Shown here piece by piece: positions 1 to 8,812 of a DNA stretch of 64,000 bases (position 1 is the stretch's first letter; every line of letters starts with the position of its first letter). The stretch lies in assembly GCA_964454265.1 (NCBI GenBank), contig CAYVXD010000004.1:2409-66408 (forward strand), in the 5' to 3' direction. The stretch comes from an uncultured Candidatus Sumerlaeota bacterium (lineage in GTDB: Bacteria > Sumerlaeota > Sumerlaeia > MWCT01 > JAUWMI01). A program made the translations under genes and the position numbers. The notes beneath the pieces were generated by a model that worked only from the letters and a program-made list of their open reading frames with translations, was not told where the DNA came from and made no database searches.

Positions 1-332
1 TACGTCGTCAGGGTGTTCTCTAGTGCTTCCTGAGCTTTGGGATTGCTCAATCCGAGCTTTTCAATCACGATGTTAAGATGGTTCCGGCATTGCTCCAGGT
101 CGCGACTCCAATAATAGCAGTCCGCCAGCAGCAAGTGCGCATCCAACGCCGCTGGATCGTCAGGATAATCTCGAATAACCTCCTTGGCCTTGATGATCGC
201 GTCAAGTGGTTCTTGTTTCTCCAGCGCTAATTGGGCCTCGTACAGTTTGTCTTCAGGACTCTTCTTCGCGCAGGAAATGAAGAAGGCGGCTAGGATGCTC
301 ACCACCAAAAGCAGGGCTGCGTATCGGTTCAT
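1..332 (-). CDS. lipoprotein, TPR-like (N-terminal part; C-terminus lies beyond window start)
   Basis: Reverse-strand reading frame from ATG at 330-332 with AAGGAG 7 nt upstream. N-terminus MNRYAALLLVVSILAAFFISCAKK is a signal peptide plus lipobox. Runs off the window edge, so absent from the ORF track. Confidence 0.5.
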   Translation of the reverse strand, partial: MNRYAALLLVVSILAAFFISCAKKSPEDKLYEAQLALEKQEPLDAIIKAKEVIRDYPDDPAALDAHLLLADCYYWSRDLEQCRNHLNIVIEKLGLSNPKAQEALENTLTT

Positions 333-703
333 TGAAGTCCATCTCCTTTACTTGAGTTGATAATGCGAGTTAAACACTGGCTTTACTACTTATTTATTGC
401 AAATATGTCAAAGCAAATATTGCCGTTTCACCTTACCGCTTCCTTTTAGGTGTGCATATGGATTTAGGGTATAGGCACTTGGCAAGAATCTGGTATATAT
501 GTATTCGTAGCAGTCCGTTAAAGTAGGGGCACGCCGTGGCGTGCCCTTACAATGTCCATCAAAATAATCCCATGCATTGCATTCAAAAGCAATTAGCCGC
601 AGACGAACGCGGATACAACAGCAGGGCATATTTTTCAGAGGAAATGGGTATCACATATCGTATTGCGTTTCGGAAAAAACATCACCCGGAATGCTTGATG
701 GAT

Positions 704-2131
704 CTACTCCGATCTTCCTGGTGACTTCAGTGTTGTAGTGAGCAGAGCGGTCCCTTCTATAAAGAGGCTTTTCAACTCGTAGAGGCTCTTCACGCCAAGC
801 AGTCGCCGGATGATAAACCCTGGACGTAAGTGAAATGTGCGAATGGCTTTGTTACGCAGTTGCCAGAGCTTCTCCCGGGATAATTGTGGAGTCTCGTAAA
901 CAGGAAAGGAAATGGAATTATCGAGTGTTGTCACATCCGAAGTGACCAGCCCATCCTGTAAGGCCTTTTGGCGGAATTGTGTGCCCATGCGGGGCATGGC
1001 GACGTTGAAGGAGGCAAATTCGGGCTTCAGCTGAAGCGCAAGCCTGATGGTGGCGTTTATATTCTCCTCTGTGTCGCCAGGTAAACCAAGGATAAAATGG
1101 GCCAGAATGCGAATGCCCACCTTCTTGCACATTGCCACCGTGTGCTTGACCTGCTCGCGGGTAAAGGGCTTCGAGTATTGGCCTAATAGCTTCTCGTCCG
1201 CAGTTTCAATGCCGAGTTGAATGGTATGACATCCGGCGAGCTTCATCAGGGTCAATAATTCCTCGTCCAGGACATTAACGCGCGACAGGCAAACCCAGGT
1301 AAACCGCAGTCGCTCGTCAAGCATTCGATTCAGGAAACGCCGCGTGCGTTCCTTGTTTGCGCCGAACGTAAGGTCTTTGAACCAGAGCTCTTTAATTCCA
1401 AGCGATTTAAGATAATACATTTCTTCTATCACATTATCAATGTTGCGGAACTTAAACCCCAGCTCGCCGCCGATGCAGTAGTCGCAACGGAACGGACATC
1501 CGTAGTCGGTCAGAATACCTGCATAAGGAATCCGGCGGCCGTGCGGAATGCGATAGCGTTCGTACGGAAACAGATCGTAGCGCGGTGGTGGCAGTGAAAA
1601 TTCTCCGCGCGGAAACGCCCGGGTTCCCGGCACAATGGCGCCGGAGGGCGCCCGATAGCTGAGCGACGCAAACGGCCGCTCCTCGCCGTTAAGAAAATCA
1701 ACCACCTCAGAAGACGTGAAGTCGAGTATCACTGCGCGCAAATACGGATGTTCCTCCAGAAACTTCTTATCCTCGGCGAAAAGGATATCACCATTGCCAA
1801 TAAACGTGTAGCGATTTGGATGCGTCTGGCTGAGCTGACGCAGGAGGGCAAAATCCTCCACCCAGGAGACCGCACCCGTCAGAAACACAATGATTTCGCA
1901 TCCTGAAGCCTCAATCTGCTTCAGTGTTTCCTGTGGTGTGAGGCGATCGGCAATCGCATCAATAACGCAAAGATCAAAGTGCGGATTTAGAATGCCGCTG
2001 AGTACAATGAGATCATAAGGTCCCCAGTAGTAGTGCGCCTTTGAGGTGTGACTGCAATAGTAGTCGCGCATATAAATGTTTTTACCCGGCGGGTTCAGCA
2101 ACAGAATTTTTGGCCGTGCGTTCGACATCAT
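704..2131 (-). CDS. B12-binding radical SAM enzyme (class B; HpnJ/BchE-like architecture)
   Basis: 475 aa. N-terminal B12-binding Rossmann-like segment (KILLLNPPG) and radical-SAM cysteine triad CPFRCDYC. Paralog of the next gene. Confidence 0.8.
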   Translation of the reverse strand: MMSNARPKILLLNPPGKNIYMRDYYCSHTSKAHYYWGPYDLIVLSGILNPHFDLCVIDAIADRLTPQETLKQIEASGCEIIVFLTGAVSWVEDFALLRQLSQTHPNRYTFIGNGDILFAEDKKFLEEHPYLRAVILDFTSSEVVDFLNGEERPFASLSYRAPSGAIVPGTRAFPRGEFSLPPPRYDLFPYERYRIPHGRRIPYAGILTDYGCPFRCDYCIGGELGFKFRNIDNVIEEMYYLKSLGIKELWFKDLTFGANKERTRRFLNRMLDERLRFTWVCLSRVNVLDEELLTLMKLAGCHTIQLGIETADEKLLGQYSKPFTREQVKHTVAMCKKVGIRILAHFILGLPGDTEENINATIRLALQLKPEFASFNVAMPRMGTQFRQKALQDGLVTSDVTTLDNSISFPVYETPQLSREKLWQLRNKAIRTFHLRPGFIIRRLLGVKSLYELKSLFIEGTALLTTTLKSPGRSE

Positions 2132-2185
2132 TTGCAGTATGTTTCCATTGAAATACGCATCGCACCTTGGCCGTAAGGCACAAGG

Positions 2186-3607
2186 CTATTGATTCTGGAT
2201 GAGGTCTTTCAATTGAATCAGACCATATTTCAGGTAGTTATACAGCACTCTTGGCGATCGGGCCCGCAGGATTGTCTTCCATATCACCTTTGGCCTGAGA
2301 TAGAATCGGCGCATTGCAATGCGTCGCCACCTGCGCAGCTCCTCGAGGCTCATCGTGAAGGTTGGCATGGCCGGCTGCGAATATGCAGCCGTTGGGGTCT
2401 CGCCTGATCGGAGCAAGCCTTCCTTTACGGCCATCTCGTATAGTTCAGTCCCTGGGAATGGATACACATAGAATATTTCGAGAAAATCCGGGTCGAGCTG
2501 CTTTGCGAATGTGATGTCCTCCTGAAGTGTGTCTGGAGTATCCCAGGGTAGGCCGAATAGCAAATAGATGCTCGACAGAATGCCTGCTTCGCGCGTCAGT
2601 TGCATTGCGCGGTACGCGTCTTCCAGTGTGGCGCGCTTGTTCATCTTTTCCAGAATCTCGCGGTTGCCCGTTTCCACACCATAAGCGATCAACCAGCAGT
2701 GAGCCTTGTTCATCCACGCCAGCATTTCCTCGTCAATGGTATCCACCCGGCTGTTACAGACCCATTCGATATCGAGCCCTCTATTCAGAATCTCCTGACA
2801 GAGCTCAATAACCCAGGCTTTGTCGGTCGTAAAGAGGTCCGAGCGAAAGAGAAAGTTACGAATGTGGTAACGCTCAAGGCATTCCTCCATCTCGGCGATG
2901 ATGTTTCCTACCGAACGAACGCGATTTTTCCGTCCTGCAACCTGCGTGGCCAGGCAGAAAATGCAATCAAAAGGACACCCGCGATTTGTGACAATTGTGG
3001 TTTGCGGTTCACCCGTGTCAGGGCGAACATACAGTTCGTTCCGCACCAGATGACGCGCCGGAAATGGTAAGGTATCCAGGTCGTCAATAAAGGGTCGCAG
3101 CGGGTTCCGTATGATCTCTCCCCTGCTATTGCGGTACGTAAGCCCCAGGATTTCCTCCCTGGGTTTTCCTCCGCCGAGTTCCCGGCACGTTTCTTCGTAT
3201 TCGCCGCGAAGTACTATGTCGAGCACAGGATGCTGGTCAAGCGTGGAAACGTCGAGCGCATTAAAGTGCGCGCCCTTGGCAATAGTCACAATGTTCGCGT
3301 TAACCTGTTTGGCGACTTTGGCGGCGCGAAGGTCCTGCTCTAGCGAGGGCGTTGTAATGCTCAGCACAAGAAAATCTGGCGCATAAGACTTGAGCTCAGC
3401 CTCCAGCTCACTCCAACCCAACCGCTCGCCCGGATAATCCACAATCCGACACTCGCATCCTGCGTGTTCGAATTCTGCGGCTGCATACATGAGGTCAATG
3501 GGAGGACGAAGAGAAACGGTCTTGAGATCTTCGATTGGGGTCTGGCAGCGATCCTCGCGGATGTACAATCCCGTGGGTGGGACTATTAGCAGCACCTTAG
3601 GTGTCAT
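2186..3607 (-). CDS. B12-binding radical SAM enzyme (class B), paralog of 704..2131
   Basis: 473 aa. N-terminus KVLLIVPPTG and radical-SAM motif CPFDCIFC. 54-bp gap to the downstream paralog on the same strand. Confidence 0.8.
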   Translation of the reverse strand: MTPKVLLIVPPTGLYIREDRCQTPIEDLKTVSLRPPIDLMYAAAEFEHAGCECRIVDYPGERLGWSELEAELKSYAPDFLVLSITTPSLEQDLRAAKVAKQVNANIVTIAKGAHFNALDVSTLDQHPVLDIVLRGEYEETCRELGGGKPREEILGLTYRNSRGEIIRNPLRPFIDDLDTLPFPARHLVRNELYVRPDTGEPQTTIVTNRGCPFDCIFCLATQVAGRKNRVRSVGNIIAEMEECLERYHIRNFLFRSDLFTTDKAWVIELCQEILNRGLDIEWVCNSRVDTIDEEMLAWMNKAHCWLIAYGVETGNREILEKMNKRATLEDAYRAMQLTREAGILSSIYLLFGLPWDTPDTLQEDITFAKQLDPDFLEIFYVYPFPGTELYEMAVKEGLLRSGETPTAAYSQPAMPTFTMSLEELRRWRRIAMRRFYLRPKVIWKTILRARSPRVLYNYLKYGLIQLKDLIQNQ

Positions 3608-3847
3608 CGGTGTACTTTAAAAGTTCTCTAAAATCATACGTTTCATTCCAGACATATTATAGGAGCGTATTGAACCATTGGGGTACAGTCAAGCGTTTAT
3701 TCAGCAAGAAGCGTTGCGTAATGGCTGCTTCTTGCTCGTGAGCAGTCGGAGCAAAAACAGGAGTATGTTTCGTCTCATAGAATTATGATTCTTGGGATTC
3801 CATAGTGGGTTTGTCTTAAGCATCTATTGGGGATCAGTTCATCAATT

Positions 3848-3875
3848 GTAGGGGCGTTTAATTAAACGCCTCTAC
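3848..3875. repeat. 28-bp palindrome GTAGGGGC-GTTTAATTAAAC-GCCTCTAC
   Basis: Same GTAGRGGC arm family as 43683 and 49737, with a different palindromic 12-bp core. Lies in the 377-bp gap between the FAD oxidoreductase gene and the radical-SAM pair. Confidence 0.75.
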
Positions 3876-3984
3876 TCATGGCGCAAACGTTATAAGCATT
3901 CTGGAAAAAGCCTTAAAAGGCCAAAAATTTTGCTCCCAAATAGTCCGCTACAGATTCCGAAGAACCAGAATTATTCCGGGTTTA

Positions 3985-5403
3985 TCAATCAATGATCCTG
4001 AGGCGTTTGAATTGACCGACGTCCTGATACCACGCTGCAGTGGGATTTGGCTTCGTATGCAGATAATCTGCTGCCTGTAGGCCCATGTAAATTGAATGAT
4101 CCATATTATTATGATGAAAGAGGCCCTGGCGACCGATCGTCATGAGGCCGGGGAATTGCTGTAAGAACTGCCAGAGACGTCCCAGGCGAGTGCTGTATTC
4201 AAGGTCGTAGAGCGGATATGCGTGCTGAATAGAGAAGACAGAAGTTGCGATAACGTCCTCGATTCGATATAGGCCGGTTTGAGCAATTTGGCCAGATACC
4301 TTCGTGGCCAGCTCATCCGAAGGCATGCTCCAGATCTTGTCTCCCTCGTAGCAGGTCACCTCAGCACAAAGCAGGGCCTTGTCCGCCGGCCCCAGCGAGG
4401 GATCGAAATTCTTTGTTTCATACGCCCGGTTGACCAGCATGTCTGGCTCCGGAAAGTAGAGCCAGCTATTAGGGCTGATCTGTGGCTTTCCAACCACAAT
4501 GAAGACCAGTCGCATGGCAATATATTTAAAATCACGGAGCATACCCCTGATACTCTCATCAGAATGATGCTGTAGAAGCATTCCGGCAAGCTCGGTAACC
4601 GGGATGGAGGAGATGCAGAACTTCCCTTCCGCGTGTAGTTCCTGACCGTTACTCGTGTATGTCACGCGGCAGCCGTTTGCTCGATCATTATCAACGTGTA
4701 TGACAGTTGCGGACGTCCGGATTTGCCCCCCGTTGGCACGCACAAGTTCTGCCAGCCGCTCAGGCAGCTTTGCAATCCCTCCTTTTACGTAGATGAACGT
4801 CTTGAGCGTTGTGGAAGAGTTATCGCGCTTGCCTGATACAATTTCTTTAGCGAGTGTTAGCAGTCCACCAGCCGAGACTCTCACGCTAACGATATCAGCC
4901 GAGAGTTGGCGCGGGTCAATCCCCCAGACTTTCTTCGTATAGGGCAGAATCATTGCTCGATAAAGGCTTGGCCCAAATGCCTTTCGCATAGCTGCATCGT
5001 AATTATGGTAATGAGATTTCTTCCCGCCTCCGCGTACCCGTTCGAATAAATAGCTCAGCATGAAACGGCTCAGCGCGATTGGCCCAAGATGGCGCAGCAG
5101 CTCTAATGGCGAAATGGGGTACGCCAGGTATCGTCCGCGAAAGTACATCTGACTCTTTCGCACGACGGTCAGGAGATGATCGCCGAGGAGCTCGTGGAGA
5201 AAGTCGCGAATCTCGGGCAGTTCGGTATGAATGCGATGCGGGCCCAGGTCGGTCACAATGCCCTGGATCTGAAGACTTCGAGCAAGGCCGCCAACTTCGC
5301 GTTCTTTCTCCAGCACCAGCACGTCGTACTCCCCGAGCCTCGTGAGACGATAGGCTGCTGCGAGTCCTGCCAGGCCAGCACCAAGGATAATAACGCGCTT
5401 CAC
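3985..5403 (-). CDS. FAD-dependent oxidoreductase (amine-oxidase / protoporphyrinogen-oxidase / UDP-galactopyranose-mutase-like superfamily)
   Basis: 472 aa. N-terminal dinucleotide-binding motif VIILGAGLAGLAAAY...GG. C-terminal YPLYD...GRQG.FHHNNMDHS block shared with the paralog at 51166..52527. Confidence 0.65.
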   Translation of the reverse strand: MKRVIILGAGLAGLAAAYRLTRLGEYDVLVLEKEREVGGLARSLQIQGIVTDLGPHRIHTELPEIRDFLHELLGDHLLTVVRKSQMYFRGRYLAYPISPLELLRHLGPIALSRFMLSYLFERVRGGGKKSHYHNYDAAMRKAFGPSLYRAMILPYTKKVWGIDPRQLSADIVSVRVSAGGLLTLAKEIVSGKRDNSSTTLKTFIYVKGGIAKLPERLAELVRANGGQIRTSATVIHVDNDRANGCRVTYTSNGQELHAEGKFCISSIPVTELAGMLLQHHSDESIRGMLRDFKYIAMRLVFIVVGKPQISPNSWLYFPEPDMLVNRAYETKNFDPSLGPADKALLCAEVTCYEGDKIWSMPSDELATKVSGQIAQTGLYRIEDVIATSVFSIQHAYPLYDLEYSTRLGRLWQFLQQFPGLMTIGRQGLFHHNNMDHSIYMGLQAADYLHTKPNPTAAWYQDVGQFKRLRIID

Positions 5404-5435
5404 GATCTCAATTCCACCTGTGGGTTAATGGCGAG

Positions 5436-6116
5436 TTAGCGAAAAAAGCGGTATTTGAGCAGCACATATACGGCGATAAGGAAATCGCGCCAGCCGATCT
5501 TCTTGCCTTCCTCTACGGTTCGGGCCGTAAACGTGACCGGCACCTCAATAATTCGTTCGCCCTGGCGCATAACTTTTGCGGTTACCTCAGGACAGAATTC
5601 AAATCGGCGACACGTGAGGTGAAGCTCCTGAGCCACCTCACGGCGGAAGGCTTTATATGCCGTGGCTTCGTCGGTGATTTTCTGGCCGTAGAGAATAGTG
5701 ACGAGGAAGGCCAGGATTTTGTTTGCCACGTAGTTTGCCAGACGCATGCATTTGACTTCGCCAAGAAACCGCGATCCGTAGGCCACCCGCGTTCGGCCGT
5801 CCACAATTGGCTGAATCACCGCAGGAATCTCTTCGGGATTATACTCCAGATCTGCGTCCTGGATGATGACAATATCGCCGGTCGCGTGTTTGAGACCTGT
5901 GCGGATTGACGCACCCTTTCCCCGGTTTTCTGTATGGGTGACTACGCGCGTATCGGGCTTCAATGCTTCCTTTTTCAGAATCTCGGCCGTGCCGTCAGTG
6001 GAACAATCGTCTACTAAAATGAGCTCCTTCTCGATGGGTAAGGCGCGAACCCGCTCAAGAACCGCTTCAATCAGATCTACTTCGTTATAGATAGGAATAA
6101 TGAACGAAAGTTTCAT
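5436..6116 (-). CDS. glycosyltransferase family 2 (polyprenol-phosphate sugar transferase / DPM1-like, soluble form)
   Basis: 226 aa. SFIIPIYNE...LILVDDCSTDGT...DADLEY motifs typical of GT2. 32 bp upstream of the FAD oxidoreductase gene on the same strand. Confidence 0.8.
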   Translation of the reverse strand: MKLSFIIPIYNEVDLIEAVLERVRALPIEKELILVDDCSTDGTAEILKKEALKPDTRVVTHTENRGKGASIRTGLKHATGDIVIIQDADLEYNPEEIPAVIQPIVDGRTRVAYGSRFLGEVKCMRLANYVANKILAFLVTILYGQKITDEATAYKAFRREVAQELHLTCRRFEFCPEVTAKVMRQGERIIEVPVTFTARTVEEGKKIGWRDFLIAVYVLLKYRFFR

Positions 6117-6467
6117 CGCGGGGAGTCTGTGGCCTTTACGTAAGTCTCAGGGTTGATCGGGTTGTTCCTCTTGTCTTTTAAATTGCAAACAATGACAGGC
6201 ACGACATGATGCCGGCTGGCAGCGCCGTAATACCGTTTCTGGTTATGCAATATGAACGCAATGCAATGGAAAAGCCTCAGGCGTGCCTTCGTAAGATTCA
6301 AGCAACCGGCTTTTTGAATTTCAACTGATAGTGGAGGGGCTGAGATTTGTCAATGGCTTTTGTCGTACGGTAAGGGCTAGTTTTATCATTGAGAATTTTC
6401 TTGGTAGGGAATGAAAAATCACGGGCAAGTTGAAAATGCGCCTGTGGCGTGATGCCCGTGCCACTGG

Positions 6468-6583
6468 TATTGGCCTTGGTGGAACCTTGCTACTGTTATT
6501 GGCCTTGGTAGAACCGTGTCACTGCTAATGGCCTTGGTGGAACCTTGCTACTGTTATTGGCCTTGGTAGAACCTTGTCACTGT
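6468..6583. repeat. tandem direct repeat, 4 x 29 bp (equivalently 2 x 58 bp), consensus tattggccttggtRgaaccKtgYYactgY
   Basis: Four contiguous units at 6468-6496, 6497-6525, 6526-6554 and 6555-6583 with no spacers. Flanked by the similar sequences gcccgtgccactggtattggc (6452-6472) and gcccgttggtattcggc (6611-6627). Confidence 0.85.
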
Positions 6584-6658
6584 TATTATTTTTGGTGGAA
6601 CGGGCATCCTGCCCGTTGGTATTCGGCTGAATCCTTTAGAGAAAAAACATTTTCTACG

Positions 6659-7108
6659 CTACGACTCCTTCAGATTTACTTTAATCTTCTTGGGCAACGC
6701 TGCCTCGGCTTTCGGCAGCTTGATCTCAAGAACCCCTTTCTTATAGTTGGCCTTGATCTCCTTTTCTTTGACCTCAACAGGCAGAGGGACGGAGCGGTAG
6801 AAGGAGCCGTGGCTGCATTCCATAAGGTGGTAGTTTTTCCTCTTCTCTTCTTTTTTGAACTTCTTCTTACCCCGAATTATTAGATTGTTGCCCGAGAGTT
6901 CAACGTCAATATCCTCAGGATTCATGCCGGGCAATTCGGCTTTGACGATAATATCTTTGTCCGTCTCCTCAAGATCCACTGCCGGGGCTATCAGATCGGC
7001 AGCTTCTTTACCTTTGCCGCGGCCAAAGAAACTATCGAAGAGGCGATCCATCTCTCTGCGCAAATCGGCCAATGGCCCGAAAATTGGTTTCCATGGCAAT
7101 CGTTCCAT
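6659..7108 (-). CDS. small heat shock protein, Hsp20/alpha-crystallin family
   Basis: 149 aa. The alpha-crystallin domain pattern (VDLEETDKDIIVKAELPG...VELSGNNLIIRG...GSFYRSVPLP...GVLEIKLPK) is recognisable. Confidence 0.9.
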   Translation of the reverse strand: MERLPWKPIFGPLADLRREMDRLFDSFFGRGKGKEAADLIAPAVDLEETDKDIIVKAELPGMNPEDIDVELSGNNLIIRGKKKFKKEEKRKNYHLMECSHGSFYRSVPLPVEVKEKEIKANYKKGVLEIKLPKAEAALPKKIKVNLKES

Positions 7109-7310
7109 TTCTACAACTACCTTTCTTAACAGAATGCTTTATTAGACGCTATTTAGGCTCTACCGCCTGAATTATTCTGACTCTTCAACGGCCAAAATTG
7201 GTTTGGCCGGAATTTTCGCCCTTTGCGAAGTGCCGAAGGTATTCGGGCAAATCCGCCGTAGGCGGATAAACCGCCTCTATTGGCTATTACCGGAAGTAGC
7301 CGAACATTTT

Positions 7311-7523
7311 TCATTGAACAGCTATATACTCTGCGAAAGAATTAGATTCAGGAATAGGTAAATTATCCTCCAGCAGTCCGCGCACATGCATTTCAATAGA
7401 TTCATGCATGTTCCGTTTTGCCTCTTCACGCGTAGAACCGGTAGCCACACACCCAGGCAAATCTGGTGAATATGCTGAATAGTTGTCATTTGGCTTTTCA
7501 ATCACAACAAGAAAACGATACAT
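7311..7523 (-). CDS. hicB: HicB-family antitoxin (UPF0150)
   Basis: 70 aa. YSAYSPDLPGCVATGSTREEA is the characteristic HicB N-terminal segment. No HicA-like ORF is adjacent. Confidence 0.7.
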   Translation of the reverse strand: MYRFLVVIEKPNDNYSAYSPDLPGCVATGSTREEAKRNMHESIEMHVRGLLEDNLPIPESNSFAEYIAVQ

Positions 7524-7589
7524 ATTACTTTGCCTCGTTCAGTTTTGCCTGTTTTAAGATGCTATTCAGGGTACCCGGCGCCAAATCAT

Positions 7590-7964
7590 CTAATGGCTTG
7601 GCTTAAGCGGAAGGCGTGTGCGGCGAATTCGTCTCTTCTCAATGACAATGATGCAATTTGGCAACTCCTGGTTTGGAATCGTTTCAAGAGCACGCCTTAA
7701 ACGTGCTACAGCTTCTTGCTCACTGTAATTTCCGCCCCGGAAGAGTATTATGCCAGGCCCTTCGGCTTGCGTCAGAGCCAAAAGCCGGGGATAGTCCAAA
7801 TCCGCAGTGACTATCACTCGATGCTCATTTCGAGCGCGTTCTAAGATTGCTATATCCGAAGCACGATCTAGTCCTACTTCGACGGCATGAACCGCATCAT
7901 GACCTTGTCGTACAAGCCAGACAGCCAAACCTGGTGAGAGCGGCATGTCAATCAGAAACTTCAC
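7590..7964 (-). CDS. DUF5615 family PIN-like (Mut7-C-like) putative toxin
   Basis: 124 aa. [11 protein letters not shown]...VIVTADLDY pattern of DUF5615. ATGA start/stop overlap with the upstream DUF433 gene. Confidence 0.6.
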   Translation of the reverse strand: MKFLIDMPLSPGLAVWLVRQGHDAVHAVEVGLDRASDIAILERARNEHRVIVTADLDYPRLLALTQAEGPGIILFRGGNYSEQEAVARLRRALETIPNQELPNCIIVIEKRRIRRTRLPLKPSH

Positions 7965-8185
7965 CTCGTAAACTCCACGGTCTCCTCGTCTGCAAGAGAG
8001 GCGGCATAGCGCAGGGCTTCATCAATGTCCTCGGCCTCAAGGTAGGGATACGCCTTGAGAATCGTTTCCTTGGTCTCTCCCGAAGCCAAAAGACCAAGCA
8101 GACGTGAAACCGGAAACCGAAGGGCACGGATGCACGGCTTGCCGGTGCAAACATTCGGATCTACTGTAATGCGTTCAAATTTCAT
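7961..8185 (-). CDS. DUF433 domain protein (putative antitoxin partner of DUF5615)
   Basis: 74 aa. [26 protein letters not shown] matches the DUF433 signature. Translationally coupled to the DUF5615 gene. Confidence 0.65.
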   Translation of the reverse strand: MKFERITVDPNVCTGKPCIRALRFPVSRLLGLLASGETKETILKAYPYLEAEDIDEALRYAASLADEETVEFTR

Positions 8186-8288
8186 CGTTTTCTCCTCCGT
8201 GTTTTTTGCAGCAACATAGAATAAGCCTCAGGCTTATCAATCGGTTTTACTTCCGGTTTTACTTCGAGGAACTTCTCCATGTCCTGAT

Positions 8289-8378
8289 TGGCGGAGAGGG
8301 AGGGATTCGAACCCTCGGGGCAGTTCCCCACCCACACGCTCTCCAGGCGTGCTCCTTCAACCACTCGGACACCTCTCC
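8289..8378 (-). tRNA. tRNA-Ser (anticodon GGA)
   Basis: Reverse complement folds as a 90-nt cloverleaf: acceptor GGAGAGG/CCTCTCC, anticodon stem CACGC/GCGTG with loop CTGGAGA, long variable arm, T-arm GAGGG-TTCGAAT-CCCTC, discriminator G, encoded CCA. Confidence 0.85.
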
Positions 8379-8700
8379 GCGGGATTCTCTAAAAAGCATA
8401 AAATCGAAATACCTGCAATCGCCTTTTCTTATTCTTGATTCCAATTTTAATTGAAAGGTTAGCATTGGCTGCGTATTTTTCAACTGTTTTTTTTTGCTGC
8501 CCTCACCTTATTATAGCCACGGAGACACAAAGGCACAGAGATTTTCAAAGATTTCCTTCAGCTGGGCTGTTGAAGACATATATTGACAACTTTTTGCTCT
8601 GCCCAATAGAATCCCTTACAGATTCTTTGTAAACTTGCCGATACTGCATAATGGCCTACTTGCGACGATTGAGATTGGTGAATGCATATAGCGGAACCGC

Positions 8701-8812
8701 GGAGACACAGAGCATTAAATTGTAGATTGCAAAATGCAAAAGGCAAATTTGAAATTTGATATTTGCAATTTTCATTTTGCATTTTTGGGTATTTCAGGAT
8801 CTCTGTGTCTTC
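8701..8812. repeat. nested inverted repeat: GGAGACACAGAG ... CTCTGTGTCTTC enclosing an AT-rich imperfect palindrome (tgcaaaatgcaaaa / ttttgcattttt)
   Basis: Outer arms lie at 8701-8712 and 8801-8812. A further direct copy ggagacacaaaggcacagag sits at 8521-8540. The element lies in the 640-bp non-coding stretch between the tRNA-Ser gene and the first GT4 gene. Confidence 0.6.

Noticed and set aside
704-6116. Calling the radical-SAM / GT2 cassette a hopanoid (hpnIJ...) locus
   Set aside because: No squalene-hopene cyclase or hpnC/D/E/G/H/K homologues are in the window. The GT2 is the short DPM1-like type. The resemblance is kept only as a mechanistic analogy.
6468-6583. 29-bp repeats considered as a CRISPR array
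   Set aside because: The units are contiguous with no intervening unique spacers. No cas genes or leader lie nearby. The two alternating subtypes look like a 58-bp duplication, not a repeat-spacer array.
7109-7310. Search for a hicA toxin gene next to hicB
   Set aside because: Only very short reading frames (under 10 codons from the nearest ATG) exist in the flanks. Nothing has the HicA dsRBD-like signature.
8182-8483. ORFs 8182..8364, 8206..8454 and 8259..8483
   Set aside because: They overlap the tRNA-Ser gene and its flanks, have no RBS or conservation, and are artefacts of the GC-rich tRNA sequence.
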